From: Aigarchaeota archaeon
Lineage (GTDB): Archaea > Thermoproteota > Nitrososphaeria_A > Caldarchaeales > Wolframiiraptoraceae
DNA length: 64,000 nucleotides
Assembly: GCA_025059205.1 (NCBI GenBank)
Contig: JANXDS010000001.1
Coordinates: 76,014-140,013 of the forward strand
Reading direction: 5' to 3'
A model generated the notes under the pieces. The model had not been told where the DNA came from and searched no databases. It saw nothing but the letters and a program-made list of their open reading frames with translations. The first letter of the stretch is position 1, and every line of letters begins with the position of its first letter. Position numbers and translations under genes: made by a program. This document shows positions 20,557-29,041 of the stretch, one piece after another.

Positions 20557-21524
20557 CAGATGCTTATGTCTATCCTTGCTACGGCTTTTGAACGTAGGAT
20601 ATCCATACCTATTCGCTCACTCGCCATGATGCCGTAGACTTCGTCCTTCATCGTCTCGTAGCTGCTTATTGTTAAATCTCGTCTAAGGAGCAGCACACCA
20701 GCCGCCTTCCTATCTATAACGAACGCCTTGTTATCTGGGACCGAGCCGCTATTGTCAACTATTAGTTCTAGGCCTAAGAAGTTGCCAAGCACGCCCCTCT
20801 GCTTATCAACGGCATCGCCGAAGTAAAAGCTGTGTATAAACCTGTCATCCTTCCAAAGGTCGGCCTCCCTAGACACGCTGACCAGCAGGCAGTCTGGATG
20901 GAACATCTCCTTTAGCACAGCCTTCCTCGCGTTGACAACGTCCTCGTAACTAAGCCTTCCGACGTTGATAGTAGTAATCTCCGAACCTCCAGCGAGTTCG
21001 TCTTCGGGTATCCGCAAGAACATTCCTATAACCTCTTCCGTCTCTAGTAGACCGACTGCTCTGCCAAGCTCCGCAGCCTGTCTTTCTAACACGCTCCACG
21101 GCGCATCTTCAAGAAACTTCCTCGTCCACTCGGCAGCCGCCCTTATCTCTAAGTCGGCCTTAACGTCTTGAACCTCATATTTCTCACCGGTAATCCAAAC
21201 CTGAGCCAGTTCCGCACTCCTATAAGCCCTCGCCTTCTTTGCCTTGGGGAACCTCACAACTGGGTCCGACGTTCTTATAACCTGAACTAGTCGCCTCGCT
21301 ATCAAGTTAGGCTGGGCCGCCTCGACTACTACGTCGTGCATTCTTGCTACTGCACCTAGCATACTGCTCGTTATCGACTCATAGCCAGACGGGAATAGCT
21401 CCGATATGCGTGCGAACACTGGGTTCGTCGAGAACTTTGGCAAGAGTTCGTTGAGTTCATCCCTAACCCTAGGGTCGCTGTAGAGAACCTCAAACCTTTT
21501 TGGCATTACGTCCTGCCAGCTCAT
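20556..21524 (-). CDS. HK97-fold major capsid protein
   Basis: 322 aa; E-loop region (ARRLVQVI..VRFP..AE), backbone helix (LEDA..VLERQAAELGRA), GLELIV and C-terminal ERIGMDILRSKAVARI typical of HK97 capsids. Confidence 0.85.
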   Translation of the reverse strand: MSWQDVMPKRFEVLYSDPRVRDELNELLPKFSTNPVFARISELFPSGYESITSSMLGAVARMHDVVVEAAQPNLIARRLVQVIRTSDPVVRFPKAKKARAYRSAELAQVWITGEKYEVQDVKADLEIRAAAEWTRKFLEDAPWSVLERQAAELGRAVGLLETEEVIGMFLRIPEDELAGGSEITTINVGRLSYEDVVNARKAVLKEMFHPDCLLVSVSREADLWKDDRFIHSFYFGDAVDKQRGVLGNFLGLELIVDNSGSVPDNKAFVIDRKAAGVLLLRRDLTISSYETMKDEVYGIMASERIGMDILRSKAVARIDISI

Positions 21525-21525
21525 G

Positions 21526-21960
21526 TTACTTCACCACAAGGATTCTACCGGTATCGCCGGGAGCGGTGAATTTATCTAGGGCGATACCGAGCCTCCTGGC
21601 ATAGTATATCGTATACGTGCCGGTTCCACTTTCATTTACATCTTGATCTGTCAGCGGAAGTATGCGTCTCAAGCTATCCGCACCACACACGGCCTGGCCT
21701 ATGTTTATGGTTGCGCCTGCCACAACCTTCACTACACCAAATACACACACCGGTACGTAATCACCCTCCGAAGCGTTTTTCAAGGCTATCCCTAAACAAT
21801 TCGTAGGTGCCGTCGCCGGTGCTACAGTATCTTGGTCTACTAAGTATACGGGATCGCCTTTGGCTATCGTTGCAGCGGCCTTGAAGCTCAACACGACGCT
21901 CTCATCCCTTGGGGAAACTAAGTCCCCGACATCCGAATCAGGCCAAGCGTCCATTTCCAC
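21526..21960 (-). CDS. capsid cement/decoration protein (DUF2190-like)
   Basis: AAATIAKGDPV..GIALKNASEGDYVPVCVFGVVKV.AGATINIG..GIAL..GD beta-rich pattern; directly upstream of the capsid gene. Confidence 0.75.
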   Translation of the reverse strand: MEMDAWPDSDVGDLVSPRDESVVLSFKAAATIAKGDPVYLVDQDTVAPATAPTNCLGIALKNASEGDYVPVCVFGVVKVVAGATINIGQAVCGADSLRRILPLTDQDVNESGTGTYTIYYARRLGIALDKFTAPGDTGRILVVK

Positions 21961-22024
21961 TCAAAGCAATTTGTACAAATACTTTCCTAAAAACTATGAC
22001 ATAGATTTCGTAAATTACAGAACG

Positions 22025-22309
22025 TTAGATATTTTTTGCGTTTTCGCAGTTAAAGCTAACCCAGACATTCAATAATCTCTCTCCCTTCTCGGTAAGCTCG
22101 TAAATTTTTGCACCGGCTCTCGCCTGCTTATACGTCATTATGCCTTCGTTCACTGCATATTCTAGAATGCGCTTAAGCTTCTGATAATTGATACCCAGAA
22201 CGCGCCCAATTCTGTAAGGTGTGACACCACCGGCATTTGCCAACTCCAGTATTCTTACGAATTGTTCCAGTTCTCTCATACCAAAATAATTTTCACAAAA
22301 CTTGGTCAT
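22025..22309 (-). CDS. winged helix-turn-helix transcriptional regulator (start may be 22279)
   Basis: TPYRIGRVLGINYQKLKRIL helix-turn-helix and wing KIYELTEKG. Confidence 0.75.
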   Translation of the reverse strand: MTKFCENYFGMRELEQFVRILELANAGGVTPYRIGRVLGINYQKLKRILEYAVNEGIMTYKQARAGAKIYELTEKGERLLNVWVSFNCENAKNI

Positions 22310-22396
22310 AAATTTTTTACATATATTTTCGTTCCACTTTCACGACACTTTGTACTATGCAATTTTTATCCATCTTGGTTTTAACATTTCTTTGAT

Positions 22397-23677
22397 ATGC
22401 TCCTGAAAAGGTTAACTGGAAAGGTACCCATTAGGCCTCTGACAGAGTATATGCAACACTCAACCACCCACGTGACATCCGGTACTCTCGAGTACCCAGC
22501 CGTACCGTTCCAGCACTACATAGACTACTATCTGAGCGATCCGCTCATCATGAGCGCGGCTGATTACATAGAACAGGCGGTCGCAGGTATGGGGGGTTAT
22601 ACAACGGCCGATTTTGATCCTGCAAAGGAGAGCATCGATGAATTTAATGCAAAGATAAACCTCGACGAACTTCACCTGAAAATCGCGAAGTGGACGACAC
22701 TCTGCGGCAACTTTTTCTTGGAGAGAGTTTACGACGTTTACGACGTCGAGGTATTGAGAGATCCATGGACATCTGCGAAAGTGGAACTCATAGTACCAGC
22801 AAAAGGTGCGGCGTTGGTCGATGTGAGACCTTTACCGCTTAGCTCTATAGTATCGGCAGCTCGAACGTCAGATGGAGAGATTTTATGGTACAATCGTTTG
22901 TACAGGGGTCAACAGAGCAAGCTATCATCTAAGCTAGTTGTTCACTATAAGTGGAACGTCGTTGACGAGCGTGCCTTCGGTACGGGCTGGTTAACCTCGA
23001 TGCTCACAGAAGGTGTAGGTTTCACGGTAAAAGGTAAAGTTAGAAAGCGTGAACCATTCGTCAAACTGAAGGAGAAGCTTGACGACGCCTCCATGAGACT
23101 TGCCATAAAGGCAATACCGAGGCACGTTTACGTCTTTCCCACGATGCCACTAGACATCCTAAAAGAGGCTCAATCGCAGCTAGAGAAGCTCGAGCCGGAG
23201 CAGGACTTCTTGACAAATAGCAAAGAATTTGACGTGAGGGAGGTAGGCGTCTCGTCTAGGGCCGTCTTGGAGTTCTTCTGGAAGCACATACTCGATCAGT
23301 TCATAATGGGCACGCAGACACACCACGTAAGGCTCTTTACAGTTCCTGGATTTACGGAAGCCTCTGCCAAGGTGGCAGACTCGGCTATGGAAAGGAAGCT
23401 CATGGCCGTTAGAAGATTCATCAAGCGTATTACGGAGCGCGAGATATTCGACGAGTACCTGAGAACCCACGGTATAGACCCCAGACGGGCAAACGTGAGG
23501 TGGAATTGGGGCCTGAAGGAAGAACCAAAGATAGAGATAGAGCATCTCATAAGGTTCGCTGAACTGCTGACACGCGGTGTGCAGGTTGTCAGGTTAGATG
23601 AGTTACGGGAGATGTTGAAACGACTAGGTTTCATGCTTACGGAGTCCGAGGAGCAGGGAAAGGAGGTGGCGGAATAA
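22397..23677 (+). CDS. phage-type portal protein
   Basis: 426 aa; Y..DP.I, CGNFFLE, VVHYKWN...FGTG, TEASAKVA, IKRITEREIF, R.DELREML; precedes a prohead protease. Confidence 0.75.
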   Translation: MLLKRLTGKVPIRPLTEYMQHSTTHVTSGTLEYPAVPFQHYIDYYLSDPLIMSAADYIEQAVAGMGGYTTADFDPAKESIDEFNAKINLDELHLKIAKWTTLCGNFFLERVYDVYDVEVLRDPWTSAKVELIVPAKGAALVDVRPLPLSSIVSAARTSDGEILWYNRLYRGQQSKLSSKLVVHYKWNVVDERAFGTGWLTSMLTEGVGFTVKGKVRKREPFVKLKEKLDDASMRLAIKAIPRHVYVFPTMPLDILKEAQSQLEKLEPEQDFLTNSKEFDVREVGVSSRAVLEFFWKHILDQFIMGTQTHHVRLFTVPGFTEASAKVADSAMERKLMAVRRFIKRITEREIFDEYLRTHGIDPRRANVRWNWGLKEEPKIEIEHLIRFAELLTRGVQVVRLDELREMLKRLGFMLTESEEQGKEVAE

Positions 23678-23678
23678 A

Positions 23679-24497
23679 ATGCCTTGGGAGGAAACTGAAG
23701 ATTACATAAGGAGCGGCCATAGAGACCCCGACGAATTCGAGCCCGAAAGCTTCAGGACGATAGATATCGATACCGAAAAAGGAATAAAAGCTGTAGTTGC
23801 CAAACCAAAGGGTAAAGATACGACGGAAGTACAGAGTTTTCTGTTCGCGAAGTCTAAAGGCTGGACGCTAGAGAAGGCAAAAGAGTGGTTTGAGAAACAC
23901 GCTGCTGGCGCAGAATCTTTCAACTGGGCCTCGGAAGTGTTCAGACTGTACAAGAATCTAGCGGAGTCTAGTGGCGCAAAGGTCTGGAAGGTCAAGGCGC
24001 TCCATGTAGGAAAGACTAGAAACAACACGCTCTTTACCGAGGATGAGTTGAGGCTTGCGGCTAGGAGTCTTGCCATGAGGCCCGTGAGCATAAACCACTC
24101 GGAGTTGCTGCCTTTTCCGGATAATGTAGTGATCACCGCGGAGTACGAGGACGGTGCTGTTGAAGCACTAGTCTGGATATCGGACCAGAACGTGAATCGG
24201 ATGATAGAGTCGGGCGAGATAAGTGGAGCAAGCGTTGAGTGGGTGGCGATGAGTGCGTTACCTGTCAACGGTATAAAACCAAGCGGTCTCGTCTTTACGG
24301 GTTTGGCGCTGCTCACAAAGAATGTCGAACCAGGTGATCCACTCGCAAGGATAATCAAGGAGGATGTTAGCATGACAAAAGTCGATCATGAACGCCTGAT
24401 GCGGAGCCCTGCCGCTAGGGCTATCCTATCGAAATATGGAAACCCGAAGTCGGTAACGCTACGCGGAAAAATTCTGAGAAGTGTTATGAAGGAATAA
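23679..24497 (+). CDS. capsid maturation (prohead) protease with N-terminal extra domain
   Basis: TRNN..FT.DEL, RPVSINH (His), ISGASVE (Ser), FTGLALL...PGDP as in HK97/assemblin-type proteases. Confidence 0.72.
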   Translation: MPWEETEDYIRSGHRDPDEFEPESFRTIDIDTEKGIKAVVAKPKGKDTTEVQSFLFAKSKGWTLEKAKEWFEKHAAGAESFNWASEVFRLYKNLAESSGAKVWKVKALHVGKTRNNTLFTEDELRLAARSLAMRPVSINHSELLPFPDNVVITAEYEDGAVEALVWISDQNVNRMIESGEISGASVEWVAMSALPVNGIKPSGLVFTGLALLTKNVEPGDPLARIIKEDVSMTKVDHERLMRSPAARAILSKYGNPKSVTLRGKILRSVMKE

Positions 24498-24505
24498 TAG
24501 ATTGA

Positions 24506-24621
24506 TAGCCCGGGCCGGATTCGAACCGGCGTCCGCGGGGTTCTCCTCCGCCATGAGATCCAGAGCCCGCGATCCTTAGCCCAGCATCCGACCGAGCGTT
24601 TGGCCGCTAGACGACCGGGCT
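24506..24621 (-). tRNA. tRNA-Gln (CTG) with two introns
   Basis: AGCCCGG/CCGGGCT acceptor stem, TTCGAAT T-loop, CT-CTG-G anticodon loop; removing 24 nt (~24576-24599) and 19 nt (24541-24559) gives a 73-nt cloverleaf. Confidence 0.92.
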
Positions 24622-24661
24622 ATCAGATAAAAGTTTCCCCTCGTTCTATTTCAATTTTCCG

Positions 24662-25237
24662 CTACGTCATCCTCTTGAATATCGGTAAGATGCCCAGATA
24701 AACTACGTCATTACGCTCGCTACCTTCTAGGAGTATAGCAGCCTTCTTTTCGACCGTTCCGCCGGCCCTTGTGACGATTCTTTCCATAGCACTTAAAGTT
24801 TCTCCTGTGCTAACTATGTCATCTATTATGCCGACTCTCTTACCGGCAATTTTCTCCTTATATCTTCCGTCAATGCAAAGTACCAACTCCTTGCTAGAGG
24901 TTATTGGTTTATAGGACACAAATATGGGATCGTGCATGAATGGTTTAATCTCTTTTCTGCAGACAACATAAAACTTATGGTTCAACATGTTCGCCAGTTC
25001 GTGGACAAGCGCTATACCTTTGCTCTCGGTCGTCATGAGGACGTCGCAGGTCAATAGGTGTTTATAAAGCTCCTTCGCACAATGATCTATGAATTCCTTG
25101 TCGCCCAGGCTGTCAAAGTATGCGATCCATGTGTCTGGAGATACTTGAACGAGAGGCAACTTTCTTCTGAACCCTCTCACCTCCAGCTCATAGTATTCCT
25201 GCCCTTCGTATTTCAGCACGTACGTCAACCTACTCAC
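24662..25237 (-). CDS. type I phosphoribosyltransferase (adenine/purine PRT-like)
   Basis: TESKGI and PRPP loop VGIIDDIVSTGET. Confidence 0.88.
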   Translation of the reverse strand: MSRLTYVLKYEGQEYYELEVRGFRRKLPLVQVSPDTWIAYFDSLGDKEFIDHCAKELYKHLLTCDVLMTTESKGIALVHELANMLNHKFYVVCRKEIKPFMHDPIFVSYKPITSSKELVLCIDGRYKEKIAGKRVGIIDDIVSTGETLSAMERIVTRAGGTVEKKAAILLEGSERNDVVYLGILPIFKRMT

Positions 25238-25415
25238 CAGCTGTTTTTAAGGAAAGCATGTATGTATAAGTTTTTCAAGGAAACCCTGCCGCACATGATT
25301 TTCAAATGAAACTCGAAACGAATAGCACAGATTATTCTATTGAGTACGTAAACGTGATTCAGGAATTATTCAGCCATCTACGTAAACCCAACGGTTATAG
25401 CCCTGGATCAAAGCC

Positions 25416-26615
25416 GTGCGGCTCTTGATGAACATTCGTTGCACGGTTTTAAGCACAGATATACCTGACTCTTGGAAGTACGCAGGCGACGGTTGGGGTT
25501 CGAGCCTACACAGAATATGCTCCAGAACCGGCTCGTTCCCTCCTGCTCTTGCCCACTATTTTGTGAAAAAATACTCTAGACGCGGTGACATAGTCCTCGA
25601 CCCATTTTCTGGAAAGGGTACGCTGCCCCTCGAAGCGTGCCTGAACGGAAGAGTTGGTATAGGCAACGACCTGGCGCCAGAGGCATACGTAATAACTAGG
25701 GCAAAAGTGAACCCGGTTACTTTGTATGATGTAAAGGAATGGATATGCAAGACGAGAGAAAAATGGAGCCCAGAAAGTTATGATGTCGACGAAGTGAGTG
25801 ATGACGTTCGTGTATTCTTCAGCAAATACACGCTCAGACAGATATTGGCGATAAGAGAAATACTGATGGACGACGATTCGGATCTAGCAAACTTTATAAA
25901 AGCTCTCATGTGTGGGATACTCCACGGTCCCACCAAGATACATTTAAGCATACCGTGTTCCCATGCTTTCTCGATGTCTCCGAAGTACATACGGCGTTTT
26001 GCAAAGAAGAACGGTCTAAAAAAACCCAGGAGGGACGTGCTAAAGTGCCTCCTTATGAAGGCTGAGAGGGTTTTGGCAGATGGTCTGCCAAAAGTTAGGG
26101 GCATGGCTACGATGGAAGATGCCAGGAAGTTAACGCTGGAGGACGAAAGCGTCAACCTGATAGTTACCTCTCCGCCATACTTTAACATGCAGACTTATGC
26201 TTGGGATAATTGGCTTAGGTTATGGTTTTTAGGATATGACTACTTAGACGTGAAAAATAAACTATTCCAGTCCGAATCGAAGCAAAAGTTCAAAGTCTTT
26301 ATGCTTGAATCCCTGAAAGAAATGTTCAGGGTATTAAAGAACAATTCAGCTTGCTTTGTAGTTGTTGGTGATGTGAAGCTAAACGGTTACTACATCAACA
26401 TGGCAGAGATGATAGCGCCGATAGCTGAAAGTGTAGGCTTTACTGTTGCTAGGTTGATTTCAGACTCCATACCGAAGTCGAATAAACACCTTATGTACAT
26501 AAAAGAGGAAGAAGGTGTAAGCCGAGAGAGGATACTAGAACTCCACAAAGGCAATCCAATATATAACGACGAACCCGTCGCTTGGGCTAAGGTAACCATG
26601 GAGGTTTTTGCATGA
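25416..26615 (+). CDS. amino-DNA methyltransferase, probably N4-cytosine
   Basis: SAM-binding VLDPFSGKGT followed by catalytic TSPPY. Confidence 0.88.
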   Translation: MRLLMNIRCTVLSTDIPDSWKYAGDGWGSSLHRICSRTGSFPPALAHYFVKKYSRRGDIVLDPFSGKGTLPLEACLNGRVGIGNDLAPEAYVITRAKVNPVTLYDVKEWICKTREKWSPESYDVDEVSDDVRVFFSKYTLRQILAIREILMDDDSDLANFIKALMCGILHGPTKIHLSIPCSHAFSMSPKYIRRFAKKNGLKKPRRDVLKCLLMKAERVLADGLPKVRGMATMEDARKLTLEDESVNLIVTSPPYFNMQTYAWDNWLRLWFLGYDYLDVKNKLFQSESKQKFKVFMLESLKEMFRVLKNNSACFVVVGDVKLNGYYINMAEMIAPIAESVGFTVARLISDSIPKSNKHLMYIKEEEGVSRERILELHKGNPIYNDEPVAWAKVTMEVFA

Positions 26616-27709
26616 TTCTGGAAACACATGGGGATGTTTGCAGACTGGGCTACATGAGGCTCATAGCATGCCTTGCCGAGGAAGATACGCCCAAGAGTTT
26701 TGACTTCTTATCATCCATCCTTTACGACTTCGTACGTAACATTGGACCGCCACAGCTTCCGATAAAACCGATAGGTATAATCACCAGACCCGTAAACGCA
26801 AGAAACTACGTATCCGTTGCTGCAGAGATGAACGTATTAGATAAAAAAACTCAGACTTTAGGGGAAATTGGTAGGCTTTACATAAGGCTAGACTCCGCCA
26901 AGAAATTCCTCAACGAAAGTAAACAAATTACACATGAGGAACTGTTAACACTAAATCCGGTTGAGAAGGTGCTGCTATTTGCTGCCCTAATTTCTGCAGA
27001 TTTCCCATTTTTGTTGAACGTTATGATTTGGACTTTAGAGCACGAAGAGTTCACGAGAATGGAGGCGATGAATTACATGATGGAAGAGCTTTATCCTTCT
27101 GCTCTGAGGAGCATTATAACAAAGGTTGACGCGAAGAAGAGGAGTCTGATAGAAAGGGAGATCGCTGAAGCGGAAAAATTCAAGACGAAGAGATTAGGTC
27201 TAGAGAATAAGAGCGAATGGATAAAAAGTAGCCAGTATGCTAAGTACAGACACGCAGCTCCGCCTAGGTTGGAATGGCTCGTAGATTTAGGGATTCTCAA
27301 AAGAGCCGGTAGAGGCAAGTATTCTGTGGATGAGACTTTCGTCAAATGTAAAGAGATATTCGAAGATTACCTTAAGATCTCCACGAAAAAGCTCGAAGAA
27401 GAAATTATAAAGGATGTAGCTCCGCTCATGGTTCCAGGCTTGACAAAAGCTAGTAGACTTGACATGGCGAACATGATAATCGAGGCATATAGGAGGTTTG
27501 CGAGCGGGGGAAATGCAGTAAATCTCAGCATGTTAGAAAGGCTTTGTGTTTTCCTTCTGCTGGAAAGGAAGCTATTCTCAACGCCTAGCATGGTTCACGA
27601 CGTCTTCAACAACTTAGCCATTAGGTTTCCGGACAAGATGTTCGTACAAAGAGGAAAGACGGGCAGCGTAGAGGTAGCCATGATGAACATATCTCCGTCT
27701 GACATTTAA
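26612..27709 (+). CDS. hypothetical protein, helical with winged-helix-like segments
   Basis: 365-aa ORF with ATGA overlap to the methyltransferase; PRLEWLVDLGILKR..GKY resembles a wHTH end. Confidence 0.7.
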   Translation: MILETHGDVCRLGYMRLIACLAEEDTPKSFDFLSSILYDFVRNIGPPQLPIKPIGIITRPVNARNYVSVAAEMNVLDKKTQTLGEIGRLYIRLDSAKKFLNESKQITHEELLTLNPVEKVLLFAALISADFPFLLNVMIWTLEHEEFTRMEAMNYMMEELYPSALRSIITKVDAKKRSLIEREIAEAEKFKTKRLGLENKSEWIKSSQYAKYRHAAPPRLEWLVDLGILKRAGRGKYSVDETFVKCKEIFEDYLKISTKKLEEEIIKDVAPLMVPGLTKASRLDMANMIIEAYRRFASGGNAVNLSMLERLCVFLLLERKLFSTPSMVHDVFNNLAIRFPDKMFVQRGKTGSVEVAMMNISPSDI

Positions 27710-27812
27710 CAATGAGGTTTTTGGTGAAGTGCAGGGAGCACCTACAAGTCACGAAAAAAACTTATAACGCCTAGCAGCCCGCTTACGTTTTGATTCGAAG
27801 AGGTGCGTAGGT

Positions 27813-29024
27813 TTGGATTTCGATTTTACCGAGGAGCAAGAGCTTTTTAGAAAGTCCGTTAGAGAATATTGTCAAAAGAACTTAGCCTCAAGGCTCCTAG
27901 ATATAGAGGAAGGTGGCAGAATACCTCAGGAGATAATTGAAGGCTTAGCGAGCATAGGAGTCCTTGCGATGACAGTATCGCCCGAAAAAGGCGGAGCGGG
28001 TGCGGATGCCGTGACTGCAGGCATAGCAGGCGAGGAAATAGGTAGAGCTGACGTATCTTGCGCTACTGCCGTCTTTTACCTCGTTCCCGCAGCATGGGGC
28101 TATATATTTGACAAATACGGAGACCCCGAACTCTCAAAGAAGGTTCTTTCAAAGGTTACAAAGGGTAGAGCATTCGTCGGAATAGCAACCACAGAGCCAG
28201 CAGCCGGTTCAGACCTTGCCAACATACGGATGACTGCCGTAAAGAAGGGTAGCACATACATCCTTAACGGTGAGAAGCTTTACACCTCTGGCGTAAAGGA
28301 GGTAATGGAGCTTCTACCTGAAGGTGGTGGCTTCCTCACTTTGGCAAAGACCGACCCATCAAAAGGAGCGAGGGGCATGTCGCTGTTTTACGTACCAATA
28401 AAGGAGGTTTCTGGAGAGGTCAGCGTTACGTACCTCAAAGAGATGGGAAGGAAGGGCATATCGACCGGAGGCTTTTCGTTAAAGGACGTAGAGATCCCTG
28501 AAGAGAATATGGTCGGACCGGAGAATAGGGGATTCTACATTTGCATGGAGGGCTTTGACTTTGCTAGGTCGATAATATCGGTTGTCTGTTGTGGTGCGGC
28601 CATGGCGGCTCTTGAGATGGTGATGGATTATATAAAACAAAGGAACGTCTTTGGCAACCCGTTGGCCAAATATGAAGGTGTGCAGTTTAAGCTGGCAGAG
28701 AACTATGCAAAGCTTGATGCCGTGAGACTTTTAGGTTATAGAGCATTATGGATGTTCGATAAGGAGCAGAGAGAAGGCAGGTTCACGAGGTTCGAGGTAA
28801 CGAAGGCGGCCGCAGAAGCTAAAATGTTGGCACCATGGGTAGCGTTTGATGCGATAAACGATGCTATGCAGTGGTATGGAGCATACGGTTACATGGCCGA
28901 GTGTCCTCTTCAGATAGCATTGAGGGGTGTGAGATCTTACATGTGGGCCGAAGGTGCTACAGAGATAATGAAGATAATAGTGGCAAGGGAGCTGCTTGGT
29001 AAAGAGTACATAGCATATAGGTAA
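27813..29024 (+). CDS. acyl-CoA dehydrogenase
   Basis: TEPAAGSD, LNGEK, R.VFG.PL, YGAYGY, EGATEI. Confidence 0.95.
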   Translation: MDFDFTEEQELFRKSVREYCQKNLASRLLDIEEGGRIPQEIIEGLASIGVLAMTVSPEKGGAGADAVTAGIAGEEIGRADVSCATAVFYLVPAAWGYIFDKYGDPELSKKVLSKVTKGRAFVGIATTEPAAGSDLANIRMTAVKKGSTYILNGEKLYTSGVKEVMELLPEGGGFLTLAKTDPSKGARGMSLFYVPIKEVSGEVSVTYLKEMGRKGISTGGFSLKDVEIPEENMVGPENRGFYICMEGFDFARSIISVVCCGAAMAALEMVMDYIKQRNVFGNPLAKYEGVQFKLAENYAKLDAVRLLGYRALWMFDKEQREGRFTRFEVTKAAAEAKMLAPWVAFDAINDAMQWYGAYGYMAECPLQIALRGVRSYMWAEGATEIMKIIVARELLGKEYIAYR

Positions 29025-29041
29025 CGCTTAAGGATGCAAGA

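Larger units (their letters stand above)
20356..24497. mobile_element. stand-alone virus-derived HK97-type head module (domesticated or remnant provirus)
   Basis: Six ORFs (RHH-like, capsid, cement, wHTH, portal, protease) between a housekeeping aldolase and the tRNA-Gln 3' end; no integrase, terminase, tail or att repeat seen. Confidence 0.75.

Noticed and set aside
20556-21524. Classical encapsulin
   Set aside because: The neighbours are portal, protease and cement genes, and no ferritin, peroxidase or desulfurase cargo gene is adjacent.
23702-24373. 223-aa antisense ORF, and similar antisense ORFs across the window
   Set aside because: These are shadows of well-supported genes on the opposite strand, with Ser/Leu/Phe-rich composition and no motifs.
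20356-24497. Complete inducible provirus
   Set aside because: Only 4.1 kb, with no terminase, integrase, replication, tail or lysis genes, and ordinary cellular genes on both sides.
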